Source: an uncultured Candidatus Saccharibacteria bacterium (GTDB lineage: Bacteria > Patescibacteriota > Minisyncoccia > Phycocordibacterales > UBA9973). From it: a DNA stretch of 64,000 bases. How positions within the stretch are numbered: position 1 is the stretch's first letter; every line of letters begins with the position of its first letter. Shown in pieces: positions 30,151-40,683 of the stretch. The notes beneath the pieces are model-generated. The model did no database searches and was not told the origin of the DNA. It saw only the letters and a program-made list of their open reading frames with translations. The DNA is taken from NCBI GenBank assembly GCA_964625065.1, contig CAZUZL010000003.1, positions 1,730-65,729 on the forward strand, read 5' to 3'. A program made the position numbers and the translations under genes.

Positions 30151-33100
30151 ATGCAAAATACAAATAATCAAGAAAATTTAAATAAATCAGCAATATCATT
30201 TCGTGAAGAAGCGGTTTTAGAATTCTGGAAAGAAAATAATATTTTCAATAAGACTTTAGAAAAACCCACTGACGCAGGTGAATACGTTTTCTACGAAGGC
30301 CCACCAACTGCTAATGGTAAACCTGGTATACACCACCTTGAAGCGCGTTCGTTTAAGGACATTATTCCACGTTACAAAACTATGCGCGGGTACCATGTTA
30401 GTCGTAAGGGTGGCTGGGACACACACGGTCTACCAGTAGAACTACAAGTAGAAAAAATGCTTGGTTTAAAATCTAAAAAAGAAATAGAAGAATATGGCAT
30501 AGAGGCATTTAATAAAAAGTGTAAAGAAAGTGTATGGGACTATCTAGACATGTGGAACAGTTTTACTGCACGCATGGGCTACTGGGTAGACATGCAACGC
30601 CCGTATGTTACATACCAAAACAGTTACATCGAAGCCCTATGGGGTGTAGTTGGCCGTGCCAACGAACGTGGTTATTTGTATAAAGACTTCAAGGTTCTAC
30701 CTTGGTGTACACGTTGTGGCACAGCACTGTCTTCACACGAACTAAACCAGCCTGGTGCGTATAAAGATGTGAAGGATCTGTCTGTTTACGTAAAGTTTAA
30801 AATTGTTGGTGTAGAAAACGGGTACTTCGTGGCATGGACTACAACACCATGGACACTACCTGGTAACGTTGCTCTTGCAGTTGGTGCAGATATAGATTAT
30901 GTAGAGGCTAAGAAAGACAATGAAGTGCTTGTGGTTGCCAAAGAAAGAATTTCAGTATTAGGTGAAGGTTACGAAATAATAGCCGAACACAAGGGTAGTG
31001 AAATGGTTGATATGCAATACGAACCACTATACCCATACTTGTCTGAAATCTACCAGCAAACAGCAAACAGCTCAAACTTTGTAAATGCTTTTAAAGTTTA
31101 CGCAGCAGACTTTGTTACTACTACAGACGGTACAGGTATAGTACACACTGCTGTTATGTATGGTGCCGACGACTTTGACTTAGGTACAAAATACGAACTA
31201 CCAAAGTTCCACACTGTAAACGAAGAAGGTAAATTTATTTCAGGTACTGGTTTCCTTGAGGGTAGATATGTTAAAGAAGTAGACGACAAGGGTAAACCCA
31301 CATTGGCAGTGGATATAATAGACGAACTAACTGCACGTGGTTTGTTGTTTAAAAAAGAAAACCACATGCACAGTTACCCACACTGTTGGCGTTGCGACAC
31401 ACCACTACTGTACTACGCACGTTCGTCTTGGTATTTCCGTATGTCTGCATTACGCCAGCAACTATTAGATGCAAATGAAAACATAAATTGGGAACCAGAC
31501 CATATAAAGGAAGGTCGTTTTGGCGAATGGCTAGACGGTATACGCGACTGGGCACTGTCACGCGACAGGTACTGGGGTACACCACTACCAATATGGCAAA
31601 AGTCTGACGGTGGTTATGTTGTTGTCGATTCGTTAGATAAATTAAAAAAACATACACAGACTTCTGGTAATAAATACTATGTTATGCGCCATGGTTTAAC
31701 ACACCACAACGTTGCCGGTACTTGGTCTTGTAATGTAGATAGTAAAGACGGTTTGAATGACACAGGTATAGAACAAGTTAAACAGTCTGCGTCAGCACAT
31801 ACAGATAAAAAAATAGACCTTATAATAGCGTCACCGTTTTACCGTACATTAGAAACTGCAAAAATTGCAGCTGGTGTTTTAGGTCTAAATGAATCTGACA
31901 TTGTTACCGACGCACGTTTAGGTGAATGGAATGTAGGTAGCGAATTTGACGGTAAACTAATAGAAGACTATTTTAAAGTTCGTAACGCCCAGGCTGATAG
32001 ATATAACTTTAAAACAGCCGGTGGTGAATCCTATGCCGACGTATTAGTACGTGCAGGTGCATTTATGTACGATATTGAAAATAAATACAAAGGTAAAAAT
32101 ATATTAATTGTTTCCCATGGTGCACCGACACGTGCCATAGAACTAGTTACTGCAGGGTACACATTAGACACATTGTTCGACGTAACACGAAGTTACAAAA
32201 ACTTTGATAATGCAGAAATACGCAAAGTAAACTTTGTACCACTTCCGCATAATGAAAACTTTGAACTAGATTTCCATAAACCATTTATAGACAATGTAGA
32301 ACTAGTAGATGAATCCGGAAACAAAATGGTTCGAACAAAAGAAGTTATGGACGTATGGTTCGACTCTGGGTCTATGCCATATGCCCAGTCACACAAACTA
32401 GGTGAAGTTATGGATTTTAATCCAGCTCCAGCCGACTACATTTCTGAAGCTATAGACCAAACACGTGGTTGGTTCTATACATTGCATGCAGTGTCTAATA
32501 TGCTGTCTGACGCGCCACGTAATGCATATAAAAATGTAATTTGTTTGGGCCATATACTAGACGCCCAAGGTTTAAAAATGTCTAAGTCAAAAGGTAACGT
32601 AGTAGACCCATGGACCATGTTCGACAAATACGGAGCCGACACAATACGCCTATGGATGTACAGTGTAAACCAACCAGGCGACAGTAAAAACTTCGACGAA
32701 AAAACCGTAGCTGAATTGCACGGTAAAGTGTTTACACTGCTAGATAACTGTTACAAGTTGTTTGAACTATATAAAGACAAAGACTATGTAATAGGTAACA
32801 CCAGTGTAAATGTACTAGACCAGTGGGTAGTTGCACGACTAAACCAACTAATTTCAGATTCTACAAAGTCTTTGGACGAATATAATATATTTAACCCAGT
32901 GCGTGCACTACGCGAATTTATTGCAGACTTTTCTACTTGGTATATACGTCGTTCACGCGACAGGTTCAAGTCAGACGATGTAGTTGTTTATGGTCCAGCC
33001 TTAGCAACTACACATTATGTATTTACCGAATTAGCAAAATTCATGGCTCCATTCGCGCCGTTCTATGCAGAAGATTTGTGGCAGAAAATACGCGACGAAA

Positions 33101-33624
33101 AAGATACTGTCTCCGTACATTTAGCTAACTGGCCGGATTCTCCCCTTGATAAGGGGGAGCTAGAGGGGGTTTTAGAAAACATGCAAAAAATCCGCGACAT
33201 TTGTACCGAAGGTAATGCTTTGCGTAAAAAGTCTACAATACCAGTACGCCAGCCATTGTTGTCTATAACAGTTGTAAATCAAAATTTAGATAATGAATAT
33301 GAAGAAATAATAAAAGACGAACTTAATATCAAACAAGTTTTTTATGGCGCTGAATTTATATTAGACACTGACATAACACCAGAACTAAAAACTGAAGGTA
33401 ACTACCGCGAACTTGTTCGTGCATTACAAGACATGCGTAAAGACATGGGCCTAACACCCGACGAAATAGTTAGTCTAAAAATTTCTGAAAATGCAAAAGA
33501 CCTAATAGTAAAATTTGAAACAGATTTGAAAAAAACTGTTGGCGTAAATACCATTGTATTTACAGACGGGGAAGTGGATACAGCAATAGGCACAGAAATG
33601 TATAAAGTAAGTATAGAAAAATAG
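30151..33624 (+). CDS. ileS: Isoleucine--tRNA ligase (type 2) with inserted histidine-phosphatase domain
   Basis: EGPPTANGKPGIHH, GWDTHGLPVE, WTTTPWTLP, DQTRGWFY, KMSKS; RHG domain at ~31670-32230. Confidence 0.96.
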   Translation: MQNTNNQENLNKSAISFREEAVLEFWKENNIFNKTLEKPTDAGEYVFYEGPPTANGKPGIHHLEARSFKDIIPRYKTMRGYHVSRKGGWDTHGLPVELQVEKMLGLKSKKEIEEYGIEAFNKKCKESVWDYLDMWNSFTARMGYWVDMQRPYVTYQNSYIEALWGVVGRANERGYLYKDFKVLPWCTRCGTALSSHELNQPGAYKDVKDLSVYVKFKIVGVENGYFVAWTTTPWTLPGNVALAVGADIDYVEAKKDNEVLVVAKERISVLGEGYEIIAEHKGSEMVDMQYEPLYPYLSEIYQQTANSSNFVNAFKVYAADFVTTTDGTGIVHTAVMYGADDFDLGTKYELPKFHTVNEEGKFISGTGFLEGRYVKEVDDKGKPTLAVDIIDELTARGLLFKKENHMHSYPHCWRCDTPLLYYARSSWYFRMSALRQQLLDANENINWEPDHIKEGRFGEWLDGIRDWALSRDRYWGTPLPIWQKSDGGYVVVDSLDKLKKHTQTSGNKYYVMRHGLTHHNVAGTWSCNVDSKDGLNDTGIEQVKQSASAHTDKKIDLIIASPFYRTLETAKIAAGVLGLNESDIVTDARLGEWNVGSEFDGKLIEDYFKVRNAQADRYNFKTAGGESYADVLVRAGAFMYDIENKYKGKNILIVSHGAPTRAIELVTAGYTLDTLFDVTRSYKNFDNAEIRKVNFVPLPHNENFELDFHKPFIDNVELVDESGNKMVRTKEVMDVWFDSGSMPYAQSHKLGEVMDFNPAPADYISEAIDQTRGWFYTLHAVSNMLSDAPRNAYKNVICLGHILDAQGLKMSKSKGNVVDPWTMFDKYGADTIRLWMYSVNQPGDSKNFDEKTVAELHGKVFTLLDNCYKLFELYKDKDYVIGNTSVNVLDQWVVARLNQLISDSTKSLDEYNIFNPVRALREFIADFSTWYIRRSRDRFKSDDVVVYGPALATTHYVFTELAKFMAPFAPFYAEDLWQKIRDEKDTVSVHLANWPDSPLDKGELEGVLENMQKIRDICTEGNALRKKSTIPVRQPLLSITVVNQNLDNEYEEIIKDELNIKQVFYGAEFILDTDITPELKTEGNYRELVRALQDMRKDMGLTPDEIVSLKISENAKDLIVKFETDLKKTVGVNTIVFTDGEVDTAIGTEMYKVSIEK
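33139..33172. repeat. Family A palindrome inserted in frame in ileS
   Basis: CTCCCCTTGATAAGGGGGAGCTAGAGGGGG encodes SPLDKGELEG. Confidence 0.75.
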
Positions 33625-33680
33625 AAATAAAAAAAGCCGGGCGTATAATACGTCCGGCTTTTGCGTTGGAAAGGTTGTTT

Positions 33681-34289
33681 TTAGGCAACTTTTTTCCGTT
33701 GGCTTGTCTTCTTGTTCGGTGTTTTTTTATTGGATGAGAATACTGAAAGTAGATTTCCGAAAATTTCTCCAAAAGTTGTAGGTTTTACTTCGGCTTGAAG
33801 TTCCTTAATCTTTAATTGAGTTTTCTGTTTGAATTTTTCGTTCTCTTCTTTTTCTTTAGCCTTTGCTTCACGTTTCTTTGCTTGCTTCTCAATTTCAGCC
33901 TTAATGGCATCTTCTTTTGCCTTTTCGGAAGCTATCATTGCGTCCCATGTTGTTTTAGATACTTCTCTGCCATTTTCTACACATTCTTTTATGAATGCTT
34001 CGATTTTAGCAACGTTTTTTTCTTGTGCAATTGGCAACAACACTGCTGTTGGCTTTGGATTCCAATGTCTGCAACATGCATCCCATTCATTTTTATCAGA
34101 CATTTTCAGGAATACTCCTAATTTTGTCATCCAAAAATATATGACTATGTTTTGCGTAGTTGTAAGCTTAACCAAGTAATTAGGGTCTGCACCCTTTTCT
34201 TTTGGTGTGCTTACAAGGCACCATTGTTGTACATAATTTGATTTATTCAAATTGTTTTTTGTCGGGGTAAATTCAGGAATATTGTTCAT
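33681..34289 (-). CDS. Hypothetical protein with Lys/Glu-rich coiled coil
   Basis: 202-aa ORF with its own consensus promoter and a downstream hairpin. Confidence 0.75.
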   Translation of the reverse strand: MNNIPEFTPTKNNLNKSNYVQQWCLVSTPKEKGADPNYLVKLTTTQNIVIYFWMTKLGVFLKMSDKNEWDACCRHWNPKPTAVLLPIAQEKNVAKIEAFIKECVENGREVSKTTWDAMIASEKAKEDAIKAEIEKQAKKREAKAKEKEENEKFKQKTQLKIKELQAEVKPTTFGEIFGNLLSVFSSNKKTPNKKTSQRKKVA

Positions 34290-34437
34290 GTGTATGGTAT
34301 TAATTTAGTTAAAAATCTATTAGTGTTACCTGTATTATATACCTTTTTATGGTATTTGTCAAGTATAAATAACCCAACAAATACAAGTTTTCGATTTCGT
34401 TTAGATGGGTTTTATTTGGTATAATAAGGCTCTAATT

Positions 34438-34983
34438 ATGGCACACCACATATACCACACAACTGCATTTGTTTGTGCTGAGAAGCCCTTGGGCGAGCAT
34501 AATAGGGCATACAAGCTGTTTACACGTGAATTAGGTATGGTTGTGGCTACAGCACAGGCCGTGCGTAAACTGCAGTCTAAGGCACGTCTGGCTATAGTGC
34601 TATACAAGTTTGCCAAGGTGGACATGGTGCGCGGTCGTGCCATGTGGCGCATTGGTAGTACACAAAGCCATGATGTGTCAGACATAGATATACGCCGTGT
34701 GTCTGCACGTATAGCGTCTATATTGTTGCGCCTTATTCCAGAAGAAGAACCAAACGAACCACTTTTTAATGAAATAATTTTACTGTACCCATACCTGGCA
34801 GAAGGTGTTTTTGAACTGGCATTAGTAGCTAGAATTTTGTTTCACTTAGGTTACTGGAACCGCGAATTTACCGACGTACTAATAGTAGGTAACATAGAAC
34901 AATTACGTACATATGGGCAAACCATGGAACGTGCAGATATAGTTCGCAACATAAACACGCTATTGGATGAAACACAATTGTAA
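34438..34983 (+). CDS. recO: RecO-like DNA repair protein (short form)
   Basis: LGEHNRAYKLFTRELG.V...AQAVRKLQSK, RLIPEEEPN..LF. Confidence 0.75.
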   Translation: MAHHIYHTTAFVCAEKPLGEHNRAYKLFTRELGMVVATAQAVRKLQSKARLAIVLYKFAKVDMVRGRAMWRIGSTQSHDVSDIDIRRVSARIASILLRLIPEEEPNEPLFNEIILLYPYLAEGVFELALVARILFHLGYWNREFTDVLIVGNIEQLRTYGQTMERADIVRNINTLLDETQL

Positions 34984-35002
34984 TGTGATATAATAAAAAT
35001 AT

Positions 35003-36892
35003 ATGGAAGATGAAAACAAAAACTCTACACATAGAATAGAAGACATAAAGTCAAAACTTTTTATGTCAAAACCAGACGAAGTGTTACCCAGCCCAGACGG
35101 TGGGGTACTACATGGAGAAAGTTTTAATGTAAACCACGAATGGGCACAAAGCAGTGCGGTAAAAAAAGCAAAAAACATGTTAGGCCATAAAACTTTTTTT
35201 AGAACATTTTTTATAATTTCATTTTCATTCCTAGTTATTGCTATTGGGTTTTTGTACTATTCTCTACAGCAAAAAACAAATATCGTTTCAAACGACCGTA
35301 TAGACCTAACCATTTTAGGTAACTCTTTTGCTCAGGGTGGCGAACAGTTTTCTTTGGAAGTTGCAACAACAAACAGAAACCGTGCCCAACTAGAACTGGC
35401 AGACATTATAGTTACATACCCTAAAGACGCCAGCGACAAGGGTGAAAAACTTCGGGCTAAAATGGACATAGGCACCATAACACCAGGCGAAACAAAACGT
35501 ACAGTTATACCACTAGTTTTATATGGTGAATCTGGAAGCATAAAACCCATCAGTATAATGTTGGAATACCACATAGCTGGTTCTAATGCATTGTTTACAA
35601 AACAAATTCAAAAAGAAGTTACATTGTCAGGGTCCTCATTATCTATAGGCATAGACGGGGCAACAACTGTTGTGTCTAACCAACCATATACATTTATTAT
35701 TTCTATAAACCCGACTTCAGAAGACTTGCTTAAAAACATGGCTGTTTCTGTAGACTTTCCACCTGGTTTTAGTTTCCAAAAGTCTGAACCTGGTGCGTTT
35801 AGTGGTAACAACCTATGGAGTTTGGGCGACTTGATAAAAGGCACTAAAAAAGAAATAAGTATAACAGGTACATTAAACGGTATCAGTGGCGACGAAAAGG
35901 TCTTTCATATTTACATAGGCGAACAAGACAAAAACGGTGCACATGGTCTGGGCGCATTGTATGCACAAAGTTTACAAACAGTTCTAATAGACAAAGCTTT
36001 CTTAGATACACACATAACATATAACGGCACTACTTCAGATGTGTACGCTATTGGTTCTGGTTCTGATGTGCCAGTATCTATTTCATATACAAACAACACA
36101 AACACAGTTGTGCACGACAGTGTTATAACGGCAACTATTTCAGGTAGTGCCTTTGATAAAAAAAGTGTTAAAACAAATTTTGGTACTTATGACGAATCAA
36201 AGTCTACTATAGTTTGGAATTCAGACCAAACGCTAGCACTAGCAGACATAGCACCAGGGGGTAATGGTTATGTGGATTTTAATTTTTCTGCATTACCAGG
36301 CGGTACGGGTGTAGGTGGCGACATAGTTGTAACTGTTTCAGTAACAGGCACACCTATAGATTCTGTTAATTCTGTAACATCGCTTTCAGCATTAGATAGA
36401 AAAATTTTCCGCCTTGGTGCACAAGTAGATTTAGATGCGGTTGGGTATTTTACATCTGGTCCTTTAAAAAACACTGGTGCAAATCCACCAGTAGCTGGAA
36501 GTACAACAACATATACTGTTGGTTGGGTACTATCTAACACAACAAACCCAGTAGACAACGGTGTTGTAAAAGGTATATTACCACGCAATGTAGAATGGGC
36601 GTCCGATTTTTCTCCGAAAGACGAAGTTGTTACATATAACAGTTCTTCACGTGAAGTTACTTGGCGTGTCGGCACATTAAAGAAAAACCCCAGCGACACT
36701 GTTCGTAGGCAAGTGTTTTTCAAGGTTAATCTAACACCAACTACTACAGACGTAGGCAGTGTGCCAACACTACTAACACAGTCTACTTTTACTGGAACTG
36801 ATTCGTACACTACATCGAACGTTCGTATAACCCGCGACCCTGTTACATTACGCCGTATAGAAGGCGCAGGTGACGGCAAGGTGGTTAAGTAA
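35003..36892 (+). CDS. Membrane-anchored multi-Ig-like domain protein
   Basis: Single N-terminal TM followed by beta-rich repeats. Confidence 0.75.
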   Translation: MEDENKNSTHRIEDIKSKLFMSKPDEVLPSPDGGVLHGESFNVNHEWAQSSAVKKAKNMLGHKTFFRTFFIISFSFLVIAIGFLYYSLQQKTNIVSNDRIDLTILGNSFAQGGEQFSLEVATTNRNRAQLELADIIVTYPKDASDKGEKLRAKMDIGTITPGETKRTVIPLVLYGESGSIKPISIMLEYHIAGSNALFTKQIQKEVTLSGSSLSIGIDGATTVVSNQPYTFIISINPTSEDLLKNMAVSVDFPPGFSFQKSEPGAFSGNNLWSLGDLIKGTKKEISITGTLNGISGDEKVFHIYIGEQDKNGAHGLGALYAQSLQTVLIDKAFLDTHITYNGTTSDVYAIGSGSDVPVSISYTNNTNTVVHDSVITATISGSAFDKKSVKTNFGTYDESKSTIVWNSDQTLALADIAPGGNGYVDFNFSALPGGTGVGGDIVVTVSVTGTPIDSVNSVTSLSALDRKIFRLGAQVDLDAVGYFTSGPLKNTGANPPVAGSTTTYTVGWVLSNTTNPVDNGVVKGILPRNVEWASDFSPKDEVVTYNSSSREVTWRVGTLKKNPSDTVRRQVFFKVNLTPTTTDVGSVPTLLTQSTFTGTDSYTTSNVRITRDPVTLRRIEGAGDGKVVK

Positions 36893-36934
36893 TACGGTCT
36901 TTAAAAATAACCCCAGATCTGCTATAGTGGGGAA

Positions 36935-38278
36935 ATGGATAAAGACACACTAATGGACAAAATAACTTCACTGGCCAAACGCCGTGGGTTTATTTACCAA
37001 GGCTCTGAAATATATGGTGGCCTGGCTGGTATATGGGATTACGGTCCATTAGGTGTTGAATTACGACATAATATAAAACAATATTTTTGGAAAACTTTCA
37101 TTGCTGACAGAGAAGACATTTACCCTATAAGTGCTGCAATATTAATGCCTGAAAAAGTATGGGAAGCTTCAGGTCATTTAGAACTTTTTACCGACCCATT
37201 AGTAGAATGTAAAATTTGTAACGAACGTGTACGTGCCGACCAACCAGAAGCAATAGACGACCATGAAAAAAATCATAAAGAAAAAGTAACATGGTCAGAA
37301 CCACGTGTTTTTAATTTACTTGTAAGCACTAAACTTGGTGCATCAGAAGCAACTGCAACCAACGTGTATTTACGTGGAGAAATAACCCAGGGAGTGCATG
37401 TAAACTTTAAAAATATTTTGGACTCGATGCATCCGAAACTACCTTTTGGTGTTGGTCAAATAGGTAAAGCTTTTCGTAATGAAATAACTCCACGCGATTT
37501 TCTTTTCCGTCAGCGTGAATTTGAACAAATGGAAATTCAATATTACGTAAAACCTGTAGATGAAGATGCTCAAAAAATATTTGAATACTGGAAAGAATCT
37601 GCACTAGCTTGGTATTATGGTCTTGGTTTTAAAAAAGAAAGTTTACGTCTACGCCAGCATGCGTTAGATGAACGTGCCCACTATGCAAAGGACGCTTGGG
37701 ACATAGAATACAACATGCCTGGCGTTGGCTGGAAAGAAGCCTGGGGTATACACCACCGCGGAGACTGGGATTTGCGTCGCCATAGTGAATATTCAAAAAT
37801 TGATTTGTCGTACTATGACGAAGAAACAAAAGAAAGATACATACCATATGATATCGAATGTTCTGGTGGTGTAGACCGTGCAGTTTTGTTTACTCTTATG
37901 GAAGCATACACCGAAGACGAAATGAATGGTGAAAAGAGAGAGTATTTGAAATTAAAACCATCAATTGCACCTGTTTTGTGTGCTGTGTCGCCACTATTGA
38001 AAAACAAAGTTGAACTTGTAGATAAAGCAAGATTAGTATTTACTGATTTGAAAAAACAATTCGGCAATATTTCCTGGGACGACAACGGTAACATAGGTAA
38101 GCGTTACCGACGCCAAGACGAAATAGGTACACCATACTGTATAGTTGTAGACTTTGACACATTAGGCGAAAACCCTGACCTGTTAGACACTGTTACTGTA
38201 CGTGACCGCGACACTGGTACACAACAACGTATAGCTATAACTGAACTTGCGGATTTCCTTAAAAAGTCTTTGATTTAA
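36935..38278 (+). CDS. glyQS: Glycine--tRNA ligase (homodimeric type)
   Basis: LAKRRGF..GSEIYGG, GKAFRNEITP, REFEQME, IGKRYRRQDEIGTP. Confidence 0.96.
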   Translation: MDKDTLMDKITSLAKRRGFIYQGSEIYGGLAGIWDYGPLGVELRHNIKQYFWKTFIADREDIYPISAAILMPEKVWEASGHLELFTDPLVECKICNERVRADQPEAIDDHEKNHKEKVTWSEPRVFNLLVSTKLGASEATATNVYLRGEITQGVHVNFKNILDSMHPKLPFGVGQIGKAFRNEITPRDFLFRQREFEQMEIQYYVKPVDEDAQKIFEYWKESALAWYYGLGFKKESLRLRQHALDERAHYAKDAWDIEYNMPGVGWKEAWGIHHRGDWDLRRHSEYSKIDLSYYDEETKERYIPYDIECSGGVDRAVLFTLMEAYTEDEMNGEKREYLKLKPSIAPVLCAVSPLLKNKVELVDKARLVFTDLKKQFGNISWDDNGNIGKRYRRQDEIGTPYCIVVDFDTLGENPDLLDTVTVRDRDTGTQQRIAITELADFLKKSLI

Positions 38279-38439
38279 AGTATATTAAAACACGTCAGTG
38301 GGTATTGACATGTTTTAATAATAGGTATACAGTTTATACATAAACGTGTTCTTTGCGCCCATCAGGGCCAGAGCAGTTTACTTTTTTTTCATTAGTTTTT
38401 GTTCAATAAATGGGTCCCTTGGCCCATTTTTTGTTTTTA

Positions 38440-39465
38440 TTATTGTGTGTCTGACCAGGCTTTTAGTATTTGCGCGCGGGCATCGTCAGGCGTTTCGGCT
38501 ACAAATAACGCACCAGCTGAACCTTTGTGGCCACCGCCACCTAGTTTGTTCATAAACAGATTCATGTCATACGAAACGTCATGTTCACCACTGTCTGAAC
38601 GTGCACTAACTCGGAAATTGTTCGGTGTTGTTTCAAATGCAACACAAAGGTTTTTTGCATCGTACATTCTACCAGCCAGGAAACTTGTAATAAAATACGT
38701 GGTTGGTTTTTCTAATCCAACATTTAATATGTCGTTATAGTTTAAAATTATTAAACAAAGTCTGTTGTTATCTACGTATTCACGTTTTGTTAATCCAACT
38801 GAAATTAAATCTAATTCTTTTCTGCCATAGTTTTGCAAAGACGCAATAATACGCGGTTGTATATTAGTTGTCAGTGGGTAACACTGTGCCATTGCAGAAA
38901 CTGTTTTTTCTGTAACATCGTTTATACGTAGCCCAACAGTGTCGCTATACATACCCATGTACAAACATGTTGCAGTGTCACTAGTTAGCGGAAGCCCAAG
39001 TTTAGGTAATAAGTAAAATATTAATTCCGCACATGAAGAAACTTCTACATCAACTAAACGCAATGTTCCATAAGGTCTTTCAGTGTGGTGGTGGTCTATA
39101 ACTAGTATTGGCATGTCTGGTAGGGTAAAACCAGGTTCCTTACATATTTGTGTTGGTGTTGCACTGTCGACTGTTATATACAGGTCGTGTTTAGCAAGGT
39201 TTTCAGAAACTATGTTTTCTTGAACCACTGTTTCGTAGCCAGGGAATATATTTGTCCAGCGTGGTGGTGGCAAGTCGCCTTGGTATACAGTTACAGTTTT
39301 GCCTACAGCACGCAGTGCATGTGCCATACCTAGCGCAGAACCATAGCTGTCGCCATCAGGGCTGGGGTGGAAGTTTAAACATATTGTTTGGGCACTGTCT
39401 ATCATCTGTTTTGCATCTGCCACCATTTGGTCGGTAAAAGGCAAGTCTATATTTGTATTTTGCAT
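38440..39465 (-). CDS. DHH/DHHA1 phosphoesterase (NrnA-like)
   Basis: HPSPDGDS, VIDHH, SDT, SARS, GGGGH. Confidence 0.9.
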   Translation of the reverse strand: MQNTNIDLPFTDQMVADAKQMIDSAQTICLNFHPSPDGDSYGSALGMAHALRAVGKTVTVYQGDLPPPRWTNIFPGYETVVQENIVSENLAKHDLYITVDSATPTQICKEPGFTLPDMPILVIDHHHTERPYGTLRLVDVEVSSCAELIFYLLPKLGLPLTSDTATCLYMGMYSDTVGLRINDVTEKTVSAMAQCYPLTTNIQPRIIASLQNYGRKELDLISVGLTKREYVDNNRLCLIILNYNDILNVGLEKPTTYFITSFLAGRMYDAKNLCVAFETTPNNFRVSARSDSGEHDVSYDMNLFMNKLGGGGHKGSAGALFVAETPDDARAQILKAWSDTQ

Positions 39466-39563
39466 CAAAATATTATACATCTATGTGTGTTTTATACCAA
39501 GTTTTTAATACATTAGCACTGACAGTGCTTTCATTTTAACCATAGTCGGTGTAATATAGGGGT

Positions 39564-40679
39564 ATGAACAACAAACAACCAATATCTATTTCAACAGGTA
39601 CTATTGTACGAACTATTTTCGTATTGATCGGTTTTTATATAGCCTGGTATACCAGGGGCGTGTTGTTGGTTATAGGCTTATCTATAATCATTGCTTCTTT
39701 TATGGAAGTAGTTGCAAATTCACTTAAACGCAGGTTTGGACTTTCCAGAACATTTGTTGTTATCGTTGCGTACCTTATTGGTTTAGTTGGTTTGGGTTTA
39801 ATTATGTATTTCGTAGTTCCACTACTAGCAGACCAAGTTTCGTCTTTGGCAGACCAGTTGGTAAAAGTTGTACCTAATAATGAATACGTTCAATCGTTTA
39901 AAGCAAACGGTTTGGCTGACAAAGCCACACTGTTGTTCCAAGGTTTGGGTAACAATGCATCTGTTACACAAGTTTTGTCAGGTGCAAAGGGTGTAGCGGG
40001 TAGTATTTCATCGGGTATACTTGGTTCTATTGGTAACGTTTTTTCTGCTGTTGTGCAGTTTGTGTTAGTTCTTGTTATTTCTTTTTTCCTTTCAATGCAA
40101 GAAAGAAGTATAGAAACATTTATACGCACCATCGCACCAGCTAGATACGAAGAATACGTAATAGGTCTATGGGAAAGAACTGAGAAAAAGATAGCACGTT
40201 GGATGCAGGGCCAGCTAATGTTAGGTGTATTTGTTGGTGTAACAGCTTTTATTATACTTAGTTTGTTCCATGTTAAATACGCTTTGGTGTTAGCTATACT
40301 GTCAGGTATATTAGAACTTATTCCGTACGGTATTACATTTGCTGTTATACCTGCGGCAGCAGTTGCGTTGTTTAACAACGGCGCATCTACTGCGCTGGGT
40401 GTATTAGTTTCTTTTGTTGCTATACAACAGTTTGAAAACTATGTATTAGTTCCAGTTTTGTTTAAGAAAATGATAGGTGTACCACCATTAGTTGTTATAC
40501 TGGCATTGCTTATGGGTGGGGCACTGGGCGGGTTTATAGGGCTTATATTGGCTATGCCTGTTGCTGTCTTGGTGTTAGAAATGCTAGACGATGTTTACGA
40601 ACAGAAAATAACCGACCAGAAAAAACTATCAGAACAGCGCGTTATAGAACCTATAGCAGGGGCGAACGAACACGATTAA
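39564..40679 (+). CDS. AI-2E family transporter
   Basis: LIPYG, QQFENYVLVP, GFIGLILAMP. Confidence 0.88.
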   Translation: MNNKQPISISTGTIVRTIFVLIGFYIAWYTRGVLLVIGLSIIIASFMEVVANSLKRRFGLSRTFVVIVAYLIGLVGLGLIMYFVVPLLADQVSSLADQLVKVVPNNEYVQSFKANGLADKATLLFQGLGNNASVTQVLSGAKGVAGSISSGILGSIGNVFSAVVQFVLVLVISFFLSMQERSIETFIRTIAPARYEEYVIGLWERTEKKIARWMQGQLMLGVFVGVTAFIILSLFHVKYALVLAILSGILELIPYGITFAVIPAAAVALFNNGASTALGVLVSFVAIQQFENYVLVPVLFKKMIGVPPLVVILALLMGGALGGFIGLILAMPVAVLVLEMLDDVYEQKITDQKKLSEQRVIEPIAGANEHD

Positions 40680-40683
40680 ATTT

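Noticed and set aside
33681-34289. Second DGR target
   Set aside because: Shares the promoter block but has no TR-like sequence at its 3' end
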